Of a stretch of DNA of 64,000 nt, positions 33,015-43,296 are shown in pieces. Below the pieces are notes generated by a model, which saw only the letters and a program-made list of their open reading frames with translations, made no database searches and was not told where the DNA came from. Every line of letters begins with the position of its first letter. Position 1 is the first letter of the stretch. A program made the translations under genes and the position numbers. Origin of the DNA: Paracoccaceae bacterium (GTDB taxonomy: Bacteria > Pseudomonadota > Alphaproteobacteria > Rhodobacterales > Rhodobacteraceae); contig CBDEUJ010000005.1 of NCBI GenBank assembly GCA_965243215.1, positions 936,546 through 1,000,545 on the forward strand. Reading direction: 5' to 3'.

Positions 33015-34117
33015 ATGATGAAAGCCCCCCCGAAGCCGACCGTGCCGAGGGTGCGCCGCATCCGCGCGAGACCCTCCGGCTGTTTGGTCACAAGGATGCC
33101 GTGGCCGAGATCCTCGCGTCGCTTGGCAATGACAGAATGCATCATGCCTGGCTTCTGACCGGACCACGCGGCGTAGGAAAGGCAACCTTGGCCTGGTCAA
33201 TGGCGCGGAATCTGCTGGCACGAACTGGCGGCGAGGCCGGGAAGAACGGTTCCGCTCCGACGGGCCTGGACATGTCCGCAGATCATCCCGTTGCCCGCCG
33301 TGTCGCCGCATTGTCAGATCCCGGCTGCCTCCTGATCCGGCGTGAATGGGACGCTGACCGCAAGCGCCTGAAGAACTGGATCACGGTAGACGAGATCCGG
33401 AGGCTCAACCGGTTTCTTGGCCTGACCGCCACCGATGGAGGATGCCGAGTCGTCATCCTGGATGCCGCTGACGACATGAACCTTTCCGCCGCAAACGCCC
33501 TCCTCAAGCTGCTGGAAGAACCGCCTGGAAACACCGTTCTCATCTTGGTCAGCCACCAGCCGGCGCGACTTCTTCCCACGATCCGGTCGCGATGCCGGAT
33601 CATGAGGCTGCGGGAGCTGGACAATGCCGAAATGGATCTCGCCCTGTCGGAAGCCGGCATCACTGCAGAAAGCGTCGGCGGACTTCACGCCCTTGCACAC
33701 GGCTCGGTCGGCGAAGCTGTCCGGCTGGTGAACGAAGGCGGCCTTGAACTCTACGGAGAGGTCATGGACGTGATCGCCACGGCGCCATCAATGGACCGGG
33801 CCAAGTTGCTGAAGTTCGCCGAAAAGGCGTCGGCACGCGGAGCCGAACGGCGATTCGATCTGGCCGCAAGGTTGCTGGATCGGGCGCTGGCCCGCCTCGC
33901 GCGAACCGCCGCAGGAATGCCCCCCGATTCCGAGGTGACGTCGGGCGAGATCGAAACGCTCAGGCGGCTCGGCGCGAGCACCGGTCGTGCGCACGCATGG
34001 GCGGAACTGCAGCAGGAACTGTCGACGCGATTGACGCATGGCCGGGAAGTCAACATTGATCCGGCCAGCCTGCTCACGGACGCATTCCTCCGGATCGAGG
34101 CAACGGCCGCCCTCTGA
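33011..34117 (+). CDS. holB: DNA polymerase III subunit delta prime
   Basis: Trimmed to the ATG at 33011 (ATGA overlap with the tmk stop). HHAWLLTGPRGVGKATLA, NALLKLLEEPP and SRCR are present. Confidence 0.85.
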   Translation: MNDESPPEADRAEGAPHPRETLRLFGHKDAVAEILASLGNDRMHHAWLLTGPRGVGKATLAWSMARNLLARTGGEAGKNGSAPTGLDMSADHPVARRVAALSDPGCLLIRREWDADRKRLKNWITVDEIRRLNRFLGLTATDGGCRVVILDAADDMNLSAANALLKLLEEPPGNTVLILVSHQPARLLPTIRSRCRIMRLRELDNAEMDLALSEAGITAESVGGLHALAHGSVGEAVRLVNEGGLELYGEVMDVIATAPSMDRAKLLKFAEKASARGAERRFDLAARLLDRALARLARTAAGMPPDSEVTSGEIETLRRLGASTGRAHAWAELQQELSTRLTHGREVNIDPASLLTDAFLRIEATAAL

Positions 34118-34198
34118 CGTCGGGACCACGGCGGGATCCCGAGCCGACGACGGTGCCCCCGGGTTGACGCCCTACCAGAACCTACCCATACGGAACCA

Positions 34199-34999
34199 AT
34201 GTCAATTCCGGCCAGGATCACGGACAGCCATTGCCATCTTGATTTTCCCGAGTTCGATGGCGAGCTTGGCAACGTCGTCGCTCGCGCTGCCGACCGAGGC
34301 GTTCATCGCATGGTGACAATCTGCACACGGCTTGCCGCCGAACCTGCGATACGCGCTATCGCCGAGACCCATCCGCCTGTATTCTACGCCGTCGGCATAC
34401 ATCCGATGTCAGTGGCGAAAGAGCCCACGGTGGATGCCGAGACCTTGGTCTCCCTGTCCGCTCATCCGAAATTCGTCGGCATCGGCGAATCCGGCCTCGA
34501 CTACCATTACACGCGGGACAGCATCGCCGTGCAGCAAGAGAGCCTCCGCATTCATGTCGAGGCGGCGCGCCGGACCGGACTTCCGCTCGTGATACATGCC
34601 CGTGACGCAGACGAGGACATGGCGCGGATCCTGACCGAGGAACATCAGGCGGGCGCGTTTTCCTGCGTGATGCACTGCTTTTCCTCCGGACCATCGCTCG
34701 CCGAGAGAGCCCTCGAGCTCGGATTCTATCTTTCGATGTCCGGCATTGCCGCCTTCCCCGGAAGTGCCGCTCTCCGCCAGATTTTCGCTGCGGCGCCGAT
34801 TGACCGGATTCTGCTGGAAACCGACGCGCCCTATCTTGCCCCGCCGCCCAATCGAGGCAAAAGGAACGAACCGGCCTTCGTTGCCGACACGGCACGGGTC
34901 GGAGCCGAGGTCTTTGGAATGGACTACAAGGAGTTCGCAGATCGAACGGAGGAGAACTTCGAGCGACTCTTTGCGAAAGCTGCCGCATGGCAGAGTTGA
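34199..34999 (+). CDS. TatD family metal-dependent hydrolase
   Basis: ITDSHCHLDF, GIGESGLDY, VIHARDA, HCFSG-like HCFSS and ETDAPYL. Confidence 0.85.
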   Translation: MSIPARITDSHCHLDFPEFDGELGNVVARAADRGVHRMVTICTRLAAEPAIRAIAETHPPVFYAVGIHPMSVAKEPTVDAETLVSLSAHPKFVGIGESGLDYHYTRDSIAVQQESLRIHVEAARRTGLPLVIHARDADEDMARILTEEHQAGAFSCVMHCFSSGPSLAERALELGFYLSMSGIAAFPGSAALRQIFAAAPIDRILLETDAPYLAPPPNRGKRNEPAFVADTARVGAEVFGMDYKEFADRTEENFERLFAKAAAWQS

Positions 35000-35784
35000 C
35001 CTTCACCATTCTCGGGTGCGGCTCGTCAGGCGGCGTGCCCCGGATCGGGGGACGCTGGGGCGACTGCGATCCCGCGAACCCCAGAAACCGGCGCCGGCGG
35101 TGCTCGCTTCTGGTCGAGCGGTTAGAAGGCAATGCAAGGACAACAGTGCTGATCGACACGTCTCCCGACCTGCGCCAGCAACTGCTGGACGCCAACGTCG
35201 GCGATCTCGATGCGGTGATCTATACTCATGGCCATGCCGATCACGTGCACGGAATCGACGACCTGCGGCCAATCGTCTATGCCCGGCGCTCGCGAATGCC
35301 CGTATGGGCGGACGGGCCAACGCAGGAACGGCTGTATTCGGGCTTCGGCTACGCCTTCACGCAACCGGAAGGTTCGCCATACCCGCCAATTCTCGAGATG
35401 CACACGATCAAGGGCAACGTGAACGTCGACGGCGAAGGCGGCAGGATCACGTTTCAGCCTATCCGCGTGAGCCACGGCTCGATCGACGCGCTCGGGTTCA
35501 GGATTGGCGAATTTGCCTACTTGCCCGACGTGGCCGAGATAAATGACGACGCCTGGGCGAATCTCGAAGGTCTGGACATCTGGGTTGTCGATGCGCTCCG
35601 CCGCGACCCGCACCCGACCCACGCACATCTCGAGCGCACGCTTGGCTGGATCGAACGCGCGGCGCCCAAGCGTGCCATCCTCACCAACATGCACATTGAC
35701 CTCGACTACGACACGCTGACTGCCGAGACACCGGACAACGTCGAGCCGGCCTATGACGGCATGCGCCTTACAATTTCCGGCTGA
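34987..35784 (+). CDS. MBL-fold metallo-hydrolase (PhnP/GPMBL-like)
   Basis: FTILGCGSSGGVPR and YTHGHADHVHGIDDLR (HxHxDH). Confidence 0.8.
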   Translation: MAELTFTILGCGSSGGVPRIGGRWGDCDPANPRNRRRRCSLLVERLEGNARTTVLIDTSPDLRQQLLDANVGDLDAVIYTHGHADHVHGIDDLRPIVYARRSRMPVWADGPTQERLYSGFGYAFTQPEGSPYPPILEMHTIKGNVNVDGEGGRITFQPIRVSHGSIDALGFRIGEFAYLPDVAEINDDAWANLEGLDIWVVDALRRDPHPTHAHLERTLGWIERAAPKRAILTNMHIDLDYDTLTAETPDNVEPAYDGMRLTISG

Positions 35785-35787
35785 GCG

Positions 35788-36717
35788 GTGCAGGCGCTTC
35801 TGGACGTTGTGGTACCCGTCTTCCTGGTCATAGGGGCCGGGTACTTTGCGGTCTGGAAAGGCTTCTTCAGCGACGGCGGTGTCGACGCCCTCATGAAGTT
35901 CACGCAGAACTTCGCGATCCCGTGCCTCCTCTTCAACGCGTTGTCCTCGATTGATCTCGACAAGGGCTTCGACATCCCCCTGCTCCTCAGCTTCTACACG
36001 GGCGCAGCGTCAGGATTCCTGCTCGGGCTTGTTCTTGGCCGCCTGCTCATCGGACGCCCTTGGCCAGATGCGGTCGCGATCGGCTTCTGTTGCATGTTCT
36101 CGAACTCGGTCCTGCTTGGCCTGCCCATCACCGAACTCGCCTATGGGGCCGACGCACTTGTCGGCAACTACGCAATCGTCGCCCTTCACGCTCCTTTCTG
36201 CTACTTGGTCGGTGTCACCGCGATGGAAATCGTCCGCGGTGCCGGAATGTCGCCAATGAGCACTGCCCTTCATGTCGGCAAGGCGATGTTCAACAACGCG
36301 CTGATCGTCGGCATTGTCCTGGGCCTCCTGGTCAACATGTTCGGAATCGGTGTTCCGGGCGTTCTGTCAGACGCCATCAATCTCCTGTCCGCGGCTGCAC
36401 TGCCTGCAGCCTTGTTCGGACTTGGCGGGGTCCTGGTGCGCTACAAGCCGGAAGGCGACCTGAAGGCCATCGCCCTGATCTGCATCGTGTCCCTGCTTGT
36501 CCATCCGGTGATCTCCTGGAGCACTGCATCCGCGATGGCGATTGACCGGGACGCGTTTCGTTCCGTCGTGCTGACCGCCACGATGGCACCGGGGGCAAAC
36601 ACGTACATTTTCGCGAACATGTACGGTACGGCAAAGCGCGCTGCCGCTTCTTCGGTCCTGTTCGGGACGGCCCTGTCAGTCTTTACCGTCTGGCTCTGGC
36701 TTCTCGTGTTGCCGTAG
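35788..36717 (+). CDS. AEC (auxin efflux carrier) family transporter
   Basis: GTG start. It is a polytopic membrane protein with VVPVFLVIGAGY and internal repeat halves typical of AEC permeases. Confidence 0.75.
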   Translation: MQALLDVVVPVFLVIGAGYFAVWKGFFSDGGVDALMKFTQNFAIPCLLFNALSSIDLDKGFDIPLLLSFYTGAASGFLLGLVLGRLLIGRPWPDAVAIGFCCMFSNSVLLGLPITELAYGADALVGNYAIVALHAPFCYLVGVTAMEIVRGAGMSPMSTALHVGKAMFNNALIVGIVLGLLVNMFGIGVPGVLSDAINLLSAAALPAALFGLGGVLVRYKPEGDLKAIALICIVSLLVHPVISWSTASAMAIDRDAFRSVVLTATMAPGANTYIFANMYGTAKRAAASSVLFGTALSVFTVWLWLLVLP

Positions 36718-36889
36718 CGGTCGCGGTGCGGCCGGCACGGGCGCGCGCCTTTCCGAAGCCTTGGAGCTTGGCGCAGGAACTGAACGGCTTGCATGAATGC
36801 GGCACTTTCCGCTCCAAGCGGGCACAAGACGGAAAATCCCACAAGGAACGGGAGGAAACCGCCCGGGAACGGTACTGGCGACCGTCGGA

Positions 36890-37080
36890 CATGCATCAAG
36901 TCAAGTTGACGGACACGCAATGGTCGGCGATCAAGATCCTGAATCCGCCTTTTCCTGGACCAAGACCACTTCTGCCACAGACGCTGCCCAAGGACTCGAG
37001 AGGTTGGTTGACTGGCTCGGGACCGTTCGCAACATCATCGCGCGGGCATCGATGCAAGCATCATCGGAACAAGCAGGGAG
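36890..37080 (+). pseudogene. relic of an IS5-family (IS427/IS1031-type, DUF4096) transposase N-terminus
   Basis: MHQVKLTDTQWSAIKILNPPFPGPRP...KDSRGWLTG resembles LTD..W..I.PLLP......GRP..DDR.VL.GI of IS5 orfA products. The frame decays after ~45 aa. Confidence 0.35.
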
Positions 37081-37086
37081 TTCACA

Positions 37087-38037
37087 GTGCGCAATCCCAA
37101 AGGCACAGCGGCCTCAACAGCGCATGGATGCATCGCCGTCGACAAACTCGGCTGCCAGATCCTGTTTCTCGACGTGGAAACAGGTGAAATCGAGACTGTC
37201 CTGGACGGCTTTCCGAAGACCGTTCACGAACTGCTGGTCCGCCCGGAAACATCGCGCGCCTATGTACCGATTTTCGGTGACGGCATACACGGAAACAACC
37301 CCAATCCGGGCCATCAGATCGTCGTGATTGATGTCCACGCCCGAAGCCACTTCGCGGACATCGACGTCAGCCCGCTTGCAGCCCCTCACACCATGCGCTT
37401 TGGACCGGACGGACTGATCTGCGTCACTTGCGAAGACAGTGGCGTCGTCGCGATCATCGATCCGGACGAAAATGCGCTCATCGACACGATTGACGCCGGA
37501 TCCTGCAAATGCCATCGGCTTGAGATTTCCCCGGACGGAACGCGCATTTACACCGAGAACGAAGAGGATTGCTCCGTCTCCGTGCTTGACTTGAAGGCCC
37601 GGAAGCTGCTGGATCAGATCAAGACTCCACATGCGCTTGGCGGGCTGGCGGTCTCGGCTGACGGCAAGACGGTCATTGCCGTTGATGATGAGGCGCCCGC
37701 ACTGTTTCTGATTGACGCGGAACTTGGGGAGGTTTCGGAGAGCCTGCCCTTGGAGGGATTGGAAGAGCCCGCACAAATCGCGCGCTATTCTCCGGACTTC
37801 AATTTGCTCGCACTTACCAGCATGACCGGAGACCGTGCGCTCCTGATCGACGCGGACTTCCAATGCCAGACTGCCATTCCGGTCGGGCGCCAACCAATGG
37901 ACATGGCCTTTCGCGGCAACGAACTGTTCATTGCCTGCCAGGGCGACGGCACCATCCATGTGCTCGATCTTGAGAATCGGCAGACCAGCAGAAAGCTCAT
38001 GGCCGGCGTGGGATGTGAATCGGTAGGTTTCTTCTGA
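37087..38037 (+). CDS. YncE/YVTN-type beta-propeller repeat protein
   Basis: GTG start. Repeated ~40-aa units carry .SPDG...Y..N......V.V.D motifs (ISPDGTRIYTENEEDCSVSVLD, VSADGKTVIAVDD). Confidence 0.55.
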   Translation: MRNPKGTAASTAHGCIAVDKLGCQILFLDVETGEIETVLDGFPKTVHELLVRPETSRAYVPIFGDGIHGNNPNPGHQIVVIDVHARSHFADIDVSPLAAPHTMRFGPDGLICVTCEDSGVVAIIDPDENALIDTIDAGSCKCHRLEISPDGTRIYTENEEDCSVSVLDLKARKLLDQIKTPHALGGLAVSADGKTVIAVDDEAPALFLIDAELGEVSESLPLEGLEEPAQIARYSPDFNLLALTSMTGDRALLIDADFQCQTAIPVGRQPMDMAFRGNELFIACQGDGTIHVLDLENRQTSRKLMAGVGCESVGFF

Positions 38038-38053
38038 ATTCGGTTCCCCGGCT

Positions 38054-38730
38054 TCAGGTCACGTCCGCGATCATCCCGTCGCGACCAACAGTCCCAATCT
38101 TGGCCGTGCCATCGCTGTCCGCGGCGCCGAGCCCGTTCAACTGGAATCTTGGCATGAAGCCCACGTCTCCCCGGATCGGCATCTCGGAAGCGCGCCGTCG
38201 GCACTGTTGTCCGTGCGCGAGCACTTCCAGGAGACGTAGACCAATGGGTGTGCAACGGTGATCAAGAACCTGGCTTGGCAACGGAGGAGTCTCTCAAGTG
38301 GAGCGCCGATCATGGACATGCGAACCGTTGGCAATCGCGAGAAGGCTGATCCTGGCACCTGTCGGGGAGCCGCAACGGTTTTGGCACGTGGTCGTCTCGA
38401 CGGTGCGCGTCCGGTACGAAGCATGAAAGCCGACCTCTTCATCGCCCGCCCGGATTGCCTCTTCCGCGTGCGGAGTGACGTCGGGAAAGGCGCCGGTCGT
38501 GCGGTGCACGCATTGGCGCTGACCTTCTGGCCGCCAGTCTGCAAGCCATTGCCGCAAAGGACCAAGCCGCATGGCGCACGACAATCGACGATGCAATCGA
38601 CGACACTGCCAAAATCGGGATCAAGGCGGGCAATGCTCTCCGCCGACCGAAAGTCATCCGGGAAGCGCGCGGCGCGGTCGTGCAAGTGGCTCGCCGAAGA
38701 AACTTCGAAACAGGCTGGCATGCGACTCCG
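38054..38730 (-). pseudogene. decayed gene: coding signal hops between all three minus-strand frames
   Basis: High third-position GC is seen successively in the frames of track ORFs 38137..38742 (N-part), 38294..38596 (TGAFPDVTPHAEEAIRAGDEEVGFH...ISLLAIANGSHVHD) and 38054..38281 (EMPIRGDVGFMPRFQLNGLGAADSDGTAKIGTVGRDGMIADVT). No family was recognised. Confidence 0.3.
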
Positions 38731-38791
38731 TATCAGGGCCACCGCGGGATGATCTCCTTGCCGGAATCGCGCCTACGCACAAACCGTCAAG

Positions 38792-39790
38792 TCAAGCGCC
38801 TCTCTGGAGATTTGCCAGAACGTCGGCACCCTGATCCTTCAGGAAATGCAGCATGTCGATGAAGATCCAGTTTTCGGCCAGTTTGTCGCCGTCGCGGCGA
38901 TAGACATCGACGACGCGCATCTCGGCCACGGAGTCATTGGCAGGCACGCCCATGTAGTCACCGGTGTTGCGCATTCTGAGACAGGGCCACCACATGACGG
39001 CGCTGAAATTGCCTTCGGCAACGGTCACCTCTTCATGCAGGATGTCGACCGTGTCGAGCTTGCGCTCAAACGGCCCCGTATGGCCGCGCCGGTAGCCGGC
39101 AAAGCCCAGGGAGGCCCCGATACCGGTCGGGCCGAACCAGTTCATTTCGTCGTGCCAGTACCTTTTCATGTGCTCGGCAGGAGAGGTATAGGACTTCGCC
39201 AGGTCCGCCAACATCTCATGCGTAAGCGCGAATGTTCTTTCGGTCGCCGCAGCATCCTGCTGGCCGTCAAGCAGCCCGTCATGGGTGCGCGGCCCCGGCG
39301 ACATCATGAAGCCCCCTGTGTGATCTTGCAGCCAAGGGTTCAGCCCGGCTTGGGTCAATGCGGCGAGGACGTCCAGGAACTCGACCATCTCGACGATCCT
39401 GTCGTCCTCGATTCGGTAGAATGACACGTAAGGAATGTATGTGGCTTTGCCTGTTGCCGGGATGCCCAGCCAGTCTCGCGTGAAGTCGCCCAGCAGGTTG
39501 CCCATTTCGACAACCCAGAGTCCCGATCGCCCCGGCAGGTTGTTGTGACCGCAGAGACAGATGTCCTTGCGCCTTTGCAAGAGCGGCATGGCCGCCTTCA
39601 AAGGTGACCAGACATGGTCTGCCACGCTGTCAGGACCCGTCTGAATGTTGAAAGGGTGAACCCCGCGGTAGGCAAGCCCGTCCGCGGAGAATTCGCGAAA
39701 GACCACCCTCGCCTCTTCGCCCGGTGCCGCAGCATCCAGGCCGACGGCAAACGCCCTGATCAGGGACTTGGCACTTTGTATCTCGCTCAT
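38792..39790 (-). CDS. SnoaL-like / NTF2-fold ester cyclase family protein (two tandem domains)
   Basis: The track's 545-aa ORF is trimmed to MSEIQSAKSLIRAF (cat at 39788-39790). Each half shows the ester-cyclase pattern (G...G.PATGK......V.FYRIEDDRIVE; GD.MGVPANDS......VDVYRRDGDKLAENW). Confidence 0.55.
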   Translation of the reverse strand: MSEIQSAKSLIRAFAVGLDAAAPGEEARVVFREFSADGLAYRGVHPFNIQTGPDSVADHVWSPLKAAMPLLQRRKDICLCGHNNLPGRSGLWVVEMGNLLGDFTRDWLGIPATGKATYIPYVSFYRIEDDRIVEMVEFLDVLAALTQAGLNPWLQDHTGGFMMSPGPRTHDGLLDGQQDAAATERTFALTHEMLADLAKSYTSPAEHMKRYWHDEMNWFGPTGIGASLGFAGYRRGHTGPFERKLDTVDILHEEVTVAEGNFSAVMWWPCLRMRNTGDYMGVPANDSVAEMRVVDVYRRDGDKLAENWIFIDMLHFLKDQGADVLANLQRGA

Positions 39791-39999
39791 CTGTCCACCA
39801 CGCAGGATGCCCTCTCCTGAGGGAAGGGAAGGATTGCCGGGTTTTCTGTTCCATGCATCTCGCTGTCTCCGGTTTCCACAACGCGGCGAGGTGGCATCCG
39901 CACCCTCAGTCGCGCGATGAACAAGTCGAATGGCTGAACGGACTTGTTCTTTGGCGCGGCTCTTGGTTCTTTCGCGCTGTATCTGCTTGAGAGCGGCCA

Positions 40000-40572
40000 A
40001 TGAACCAGAAAATTCTCGAAGCGGTGGATTGGCGAGCGATCCCCGCTCCAGTCGATGACGGATCGGCCAGCCACCTGGAGGGTATGTCCATGCCAAGCGT
40101 GCCTCTGCCCTCGACACGTGGCGGCCAGGTGAATCCGGGACGTCTGCGTGGCTGGAGCGTTCTCTATTTCTATCCGATGACCGGTCGACCGGACGTGCCA
40201 CTGCCTGACGGTTGGGATGACATCCCCGGCGCAAGGGGCTGCACGCCGCAATCCTGCGCGTTCCGTGATCTGTCCCAAGAACTTGCCGACAAGGGTGTGT
40301 CAGCTGTTTTCGGAATTTCGACGCAGAGCACCGAATACCAAAGGGAAGCGGCGGACCGGCTGCATCTTCCATTCGCGTTGTTGTCGGACGCAGGGCTGCA
40401 ACTGACGGCCGCGCTTCGCCTTCCGACAATGGAAGTTGATGGCTCGTTGCTCCTGAAAAGGCTGACTCTTGTCCTGCACGGCACGCAGGTCAAGCGGGTG
40501 TTCTTTCCGGTATTTCCGCCTGACAGGAATGCAGCAGATGTTCTGAAGTTCATGGAATCCAGCCTGCCATAG
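40000..40572 (+). CDS. peroxiredoxin (BCP/PrxQ-like redoxin)
   Basis: VLYFYP......GCTPQSCAFRD is the CxxxxC peroxidatic region, with AVFGIS.QS and LPF.LLSD also present. Confidence 0.75.
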   Translation: MNQKILEAVDWRAIPAPVDDGSASHLEGMSMPSVPLPSTRGGQVNPGRLRGWSVLYFYPMTGRPDVPLPDGWDDIPGARGCTPQSCAFRDLSQELADKGVSAVFGISTQSTEYQREAADRLHLPFALLSDAGLQLTAALRLPTMEVDGSLLLKRLTLVLHGTQVKRVFFPVFPPDRNAADVLKFMESSLP

Positions 40573-40883
40573 ATCATCGGCACTGAAACGTCGCTGCCAT
40601 GTTCAACCAACTTCTCGGTGCTTGCGTTGAGTGGCGATCATTCGTTTGCGCGCCTGCGATCAGGAATGCCTTCGAGACCACGATGAGCTTGCGCAAGACT
40701 GCGGTCGTTGCGGCAGTGGTGCGAAATGCAAATGTTCCCATTTGTAGTGCAGGCCGCGCACCGTCAGTCGGATGGCAAAGGTCCGCATGGCGGGATTGAC
40801 TTTCAACGCAGCCAGCGCCGCCATGAACGGGCTTGCCCGAACCGTCAGGCTCATGCCTGATCCGGAGTCGTTCGGGAAATCGC

Positions 40884-42059
40884 TCATGCAGCGAAAGACA
40901 CCCAAGCGGCGTTTCGGCTGGAAGACCTGACGCAGGCATCGACGAAGGCCACGCCCGCAAGACCGTCATGAACATCCGGATACATCACCTCCTTCGGAAC
41001 GGAAGCGCCACTCGCGGCAGCCCGGATGGCGATCGCAGCCTCCGAGTAGATGTTCGCAAACCCTTCCAGATACCCCTCGGGATGGCCGGGCGGAATTCGG
41101 GAGACGCGCGCAGCTTCAGGCCCCGTACCGGCCCCGTTTCGACTCAGCAATCGCTTGGGTTCTCCCAATGGCGCACTCCAGAGATGGTTCGGATGTTCCT
41201 GCGCCCACTCGAGCCCGCCCTTGGTGCCAAACACTCTCAGGCGCAAGCCGTTTTCATTGCCCGGTGCAACCTGGCTGCACCAAAGCATGCCGCGCGCGCC
41301 ACCCTCGAAACGCAGAAGGACATGCCCGTTGTCATCCAGGCGTCGGCCTTCGACGAAGGCATGAAGGTCTGCCGAAAGCGCTTCGAGTTTCAACCCGGTC
41401 ACGAACTGAACGAGGTTGAAGGCGTGGGTTCCAATGTCTCCGGTCGAGCCGCCCGCCCCGCTCCGGGCCGGATCGGTACGCCAGCCCGCCTGCTTCTGGC
41501 CACTTGATTCCAGATCCTCGCTCAACCAGTCCTGCGCGTATTCGACCTGCACCACGCGAATGTCACCGAGTTCGCCATTTTCGACCATGGCACGCGCCTG
41601 CCGCACCATCGGATAACCGGTGTAGTTGTGGGTCAGGATGAACTTCACGCCCGCCGTCTCCACGAGCTTTACCAGCTTCCTTGCGTCCTGCAGCGTCGCG
41701 GTCAGCGGCTTGTCGCAAATGACGTGAATGCCGCGTTTCAGGAATTCACGTGCGACCGGATAGTGCATGTGGTTCGGCGTGACGATCGCGACAGCCTCGA
41801 CCCCAGCCTTGAGACGGGCTTCCCGTTTCGCCATCGAGAGGAAGTCGTCGTACACCCGTTTGCGGTCCAGACCAAGATCGGCACCCGATGCCTGACTCTT
41901 CTCGGCGGTGGAACTGAAGCAACCCGCCACCAGTTCGTAATTGTCGTCGATTCGGCTGGCGACCCGGTGCACGGCTCCAATGAAGGCGTCGCGCCCACCG
42001 CCGACCATTCCAAGCCGGATTCGCCGAAGACCGGTTTCCGAGGTTCCGTTGATCGGCAT
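40884..42059 (-). CDS. Gfo/Idh/MocA family oxidoreductase
   Basis: Trimmed to MPINGTSE...IRLGMVGGGRDAFIGAVH (Rossmann fold; cat at 42057-42059); EKPL-like CDKPL motif. Confidence 0.8.
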   Translation of the reverse strand: MPINGTSETGLRRIRLGMVGGGRDAFIGAVHRVASRIDDNYELVAGCFSSTAEKSQASGADLGLDRKRVYDDFLSMAKREARLKAGVEAVAIVTPNHMHYPVAREFLKRGIHVICDKPLTATLQDARKLVKLVETAGVKFILTHNYTGYPMVRQARAMVENGELGDIRVVQVEYAQDWLSEDLESSGQKQAGWRTDPARSGAGGSTGDIGTHAFNLVQFVTGLKLEALSADLHAFVEGRRLDDNGHVLLRFEGGARGMLWCSQVAPGNENGLRLRVFGTKGGLEWAQEHPNHLWSAPLGEPKRLLSRNGAGTGPEAARVSRIPPGHPEGYLEGFANIYSEAAIAIRAAASGASVPKEVMYPDVHDGLAGVAFVDACVRSSSRNAAWVSFAA

Positions 42060-42310
42060 GTTCCTCTCCCTTTCCTGAGCAGCCCACTGCGGGACGTTAG
42101 CGCACAGAAGCCGGAACAGCGTCAATCTGATTCAATGCGCGCGGACGCGAAGAACCCCGCCCGCCCTCTCATCCGCCCGCATGCGCAATACGCATCACCC
42201 ATGGTCCGCAGCGGCGCAGGATCTCGGCTCCAACGGCAAGCGTCGCCCGGCCCGCTGCCGCAACGGGAGCGCGAGTTGCGTTTTTGTCCAGCGCTGTCTA
42301 TGGCCAAGGC

Positions 42311-43075
42311 ATGCCGCGATACGCGCTTAAAATCGAGTATGACGGACGCGCGTTTTCGGGCTGGCAACGGCAAGCGACAGCGCCGTCGGTTCAGCAAGCT
42401 GTCGAACGCGCAATTTCGGAGCTCGAACCTGAATCCCCGCCGGTGGTGGCCGCGGGACGGACTGACGCCGGCGTTCACGCCTTGGGACAGGTCGCCCACT
42501 GCGACACGGCTAGAAGCTGGGATCCGTTCCGACTGTCCGCGGCACTGAACCACCACCTGAAGCCGAACCCGATCGCCATCCTGGCATGCAAGCAGGTCGA
42601 GGATGACTGGCATGCCCGATATTCCGCCGTCGAACGGCGCTATGTCTATCGCATTGTCATCCGCCGTGCGCCGCTGGCGCACCATGCCGGCAAGGCGTGG
42701 CGCGTGACGCATCCGCTGGACATGGATGCCATGCGCAAAGGGGCCGGACATCTCCTTGGCACGCACGACTTCACGACTTTCCGCTCGACCATGTGCCAGG
42801 CAAAGAGCCCGGTGAAGACCTTGGACGAGATCTGCTTCGAGACACGCCCCTACCCGGGCGGACTTGAGCTGCGTACAACCTTCCGGGCCCGGAGCTTCCT
42901 GCACAACCAGGTCCGCTCGATCATCGGGACCCTGGAGCGGGTGGGCGCCGGAGCCTGGACTAGCGGCGACGTCAAGACGGCACTCGAGTCAAGGAACCGC
43001 ACCTCCTGCGGTCCGGTGGCACCGCCCGACGGCCTCTATCTTGACCACGTCTCATACGACCCGGCGGTCTTCTGA
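42311..43075 (+). CDS. truA: tRNA pseudouridine(38-40) synthase
   Basis: [36 protein letters not shown] (catalytic Asp), and HDFTTFRS. Confidence 0.9.
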   Translation: MPRYALKIEYDGRAFSGWQRQATAPSVQQAVERAISELEPESPPVVAAGRTDAGVHALGQVAHCDTARSWDPFRLSAALNHHLKPNPIAILACKQVEDDWHARYSAVERRYVYRIVIRRAPLAHHAGKAWRVTHPLDMDAMRKGAGHLLGTHDFTTFRSTMCQAKSPVKTLDEICFETRPYPGGLELRTTFRARSFLHNQVRSIIGTLERVGAGAWTSGDVKTALESRNRTSCGPVAPPDGLYLDHVSYDPAVF

Positions 43076-43296
43076 ATCCTTTTCCGAGGGCATCATTTCC
43101 GGCCCGGGTTCGACTTAAATCAAGTCCACATCGCATTGCCAAAACGCCCGGTCGGCGGTGAGAATTGTCAAGTTGCAGAAGCGTTCAGTGAGCCGCGCTT
43201 GATCTGTTCCGAAATGAGCGCAACTTCCGCGCACGCCGCCCGAAAACGGCCCAATTTGCCGCAGGGCGCATGAAGCATGCTGCCCCGCCGCCGGGC

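Noticed and set aside
40574-40975. Possible IS6-like transposase remnant (FAIRLTVRGLHYKW vs IILLCVRWYLRY) in the 310-bp gap after the peroxiredoxin gene
   Set aside because: The similarity is limited to a few residues, needs an indel, has no IS6-type IR and shows no further conserved blocks. This is too weak to call.
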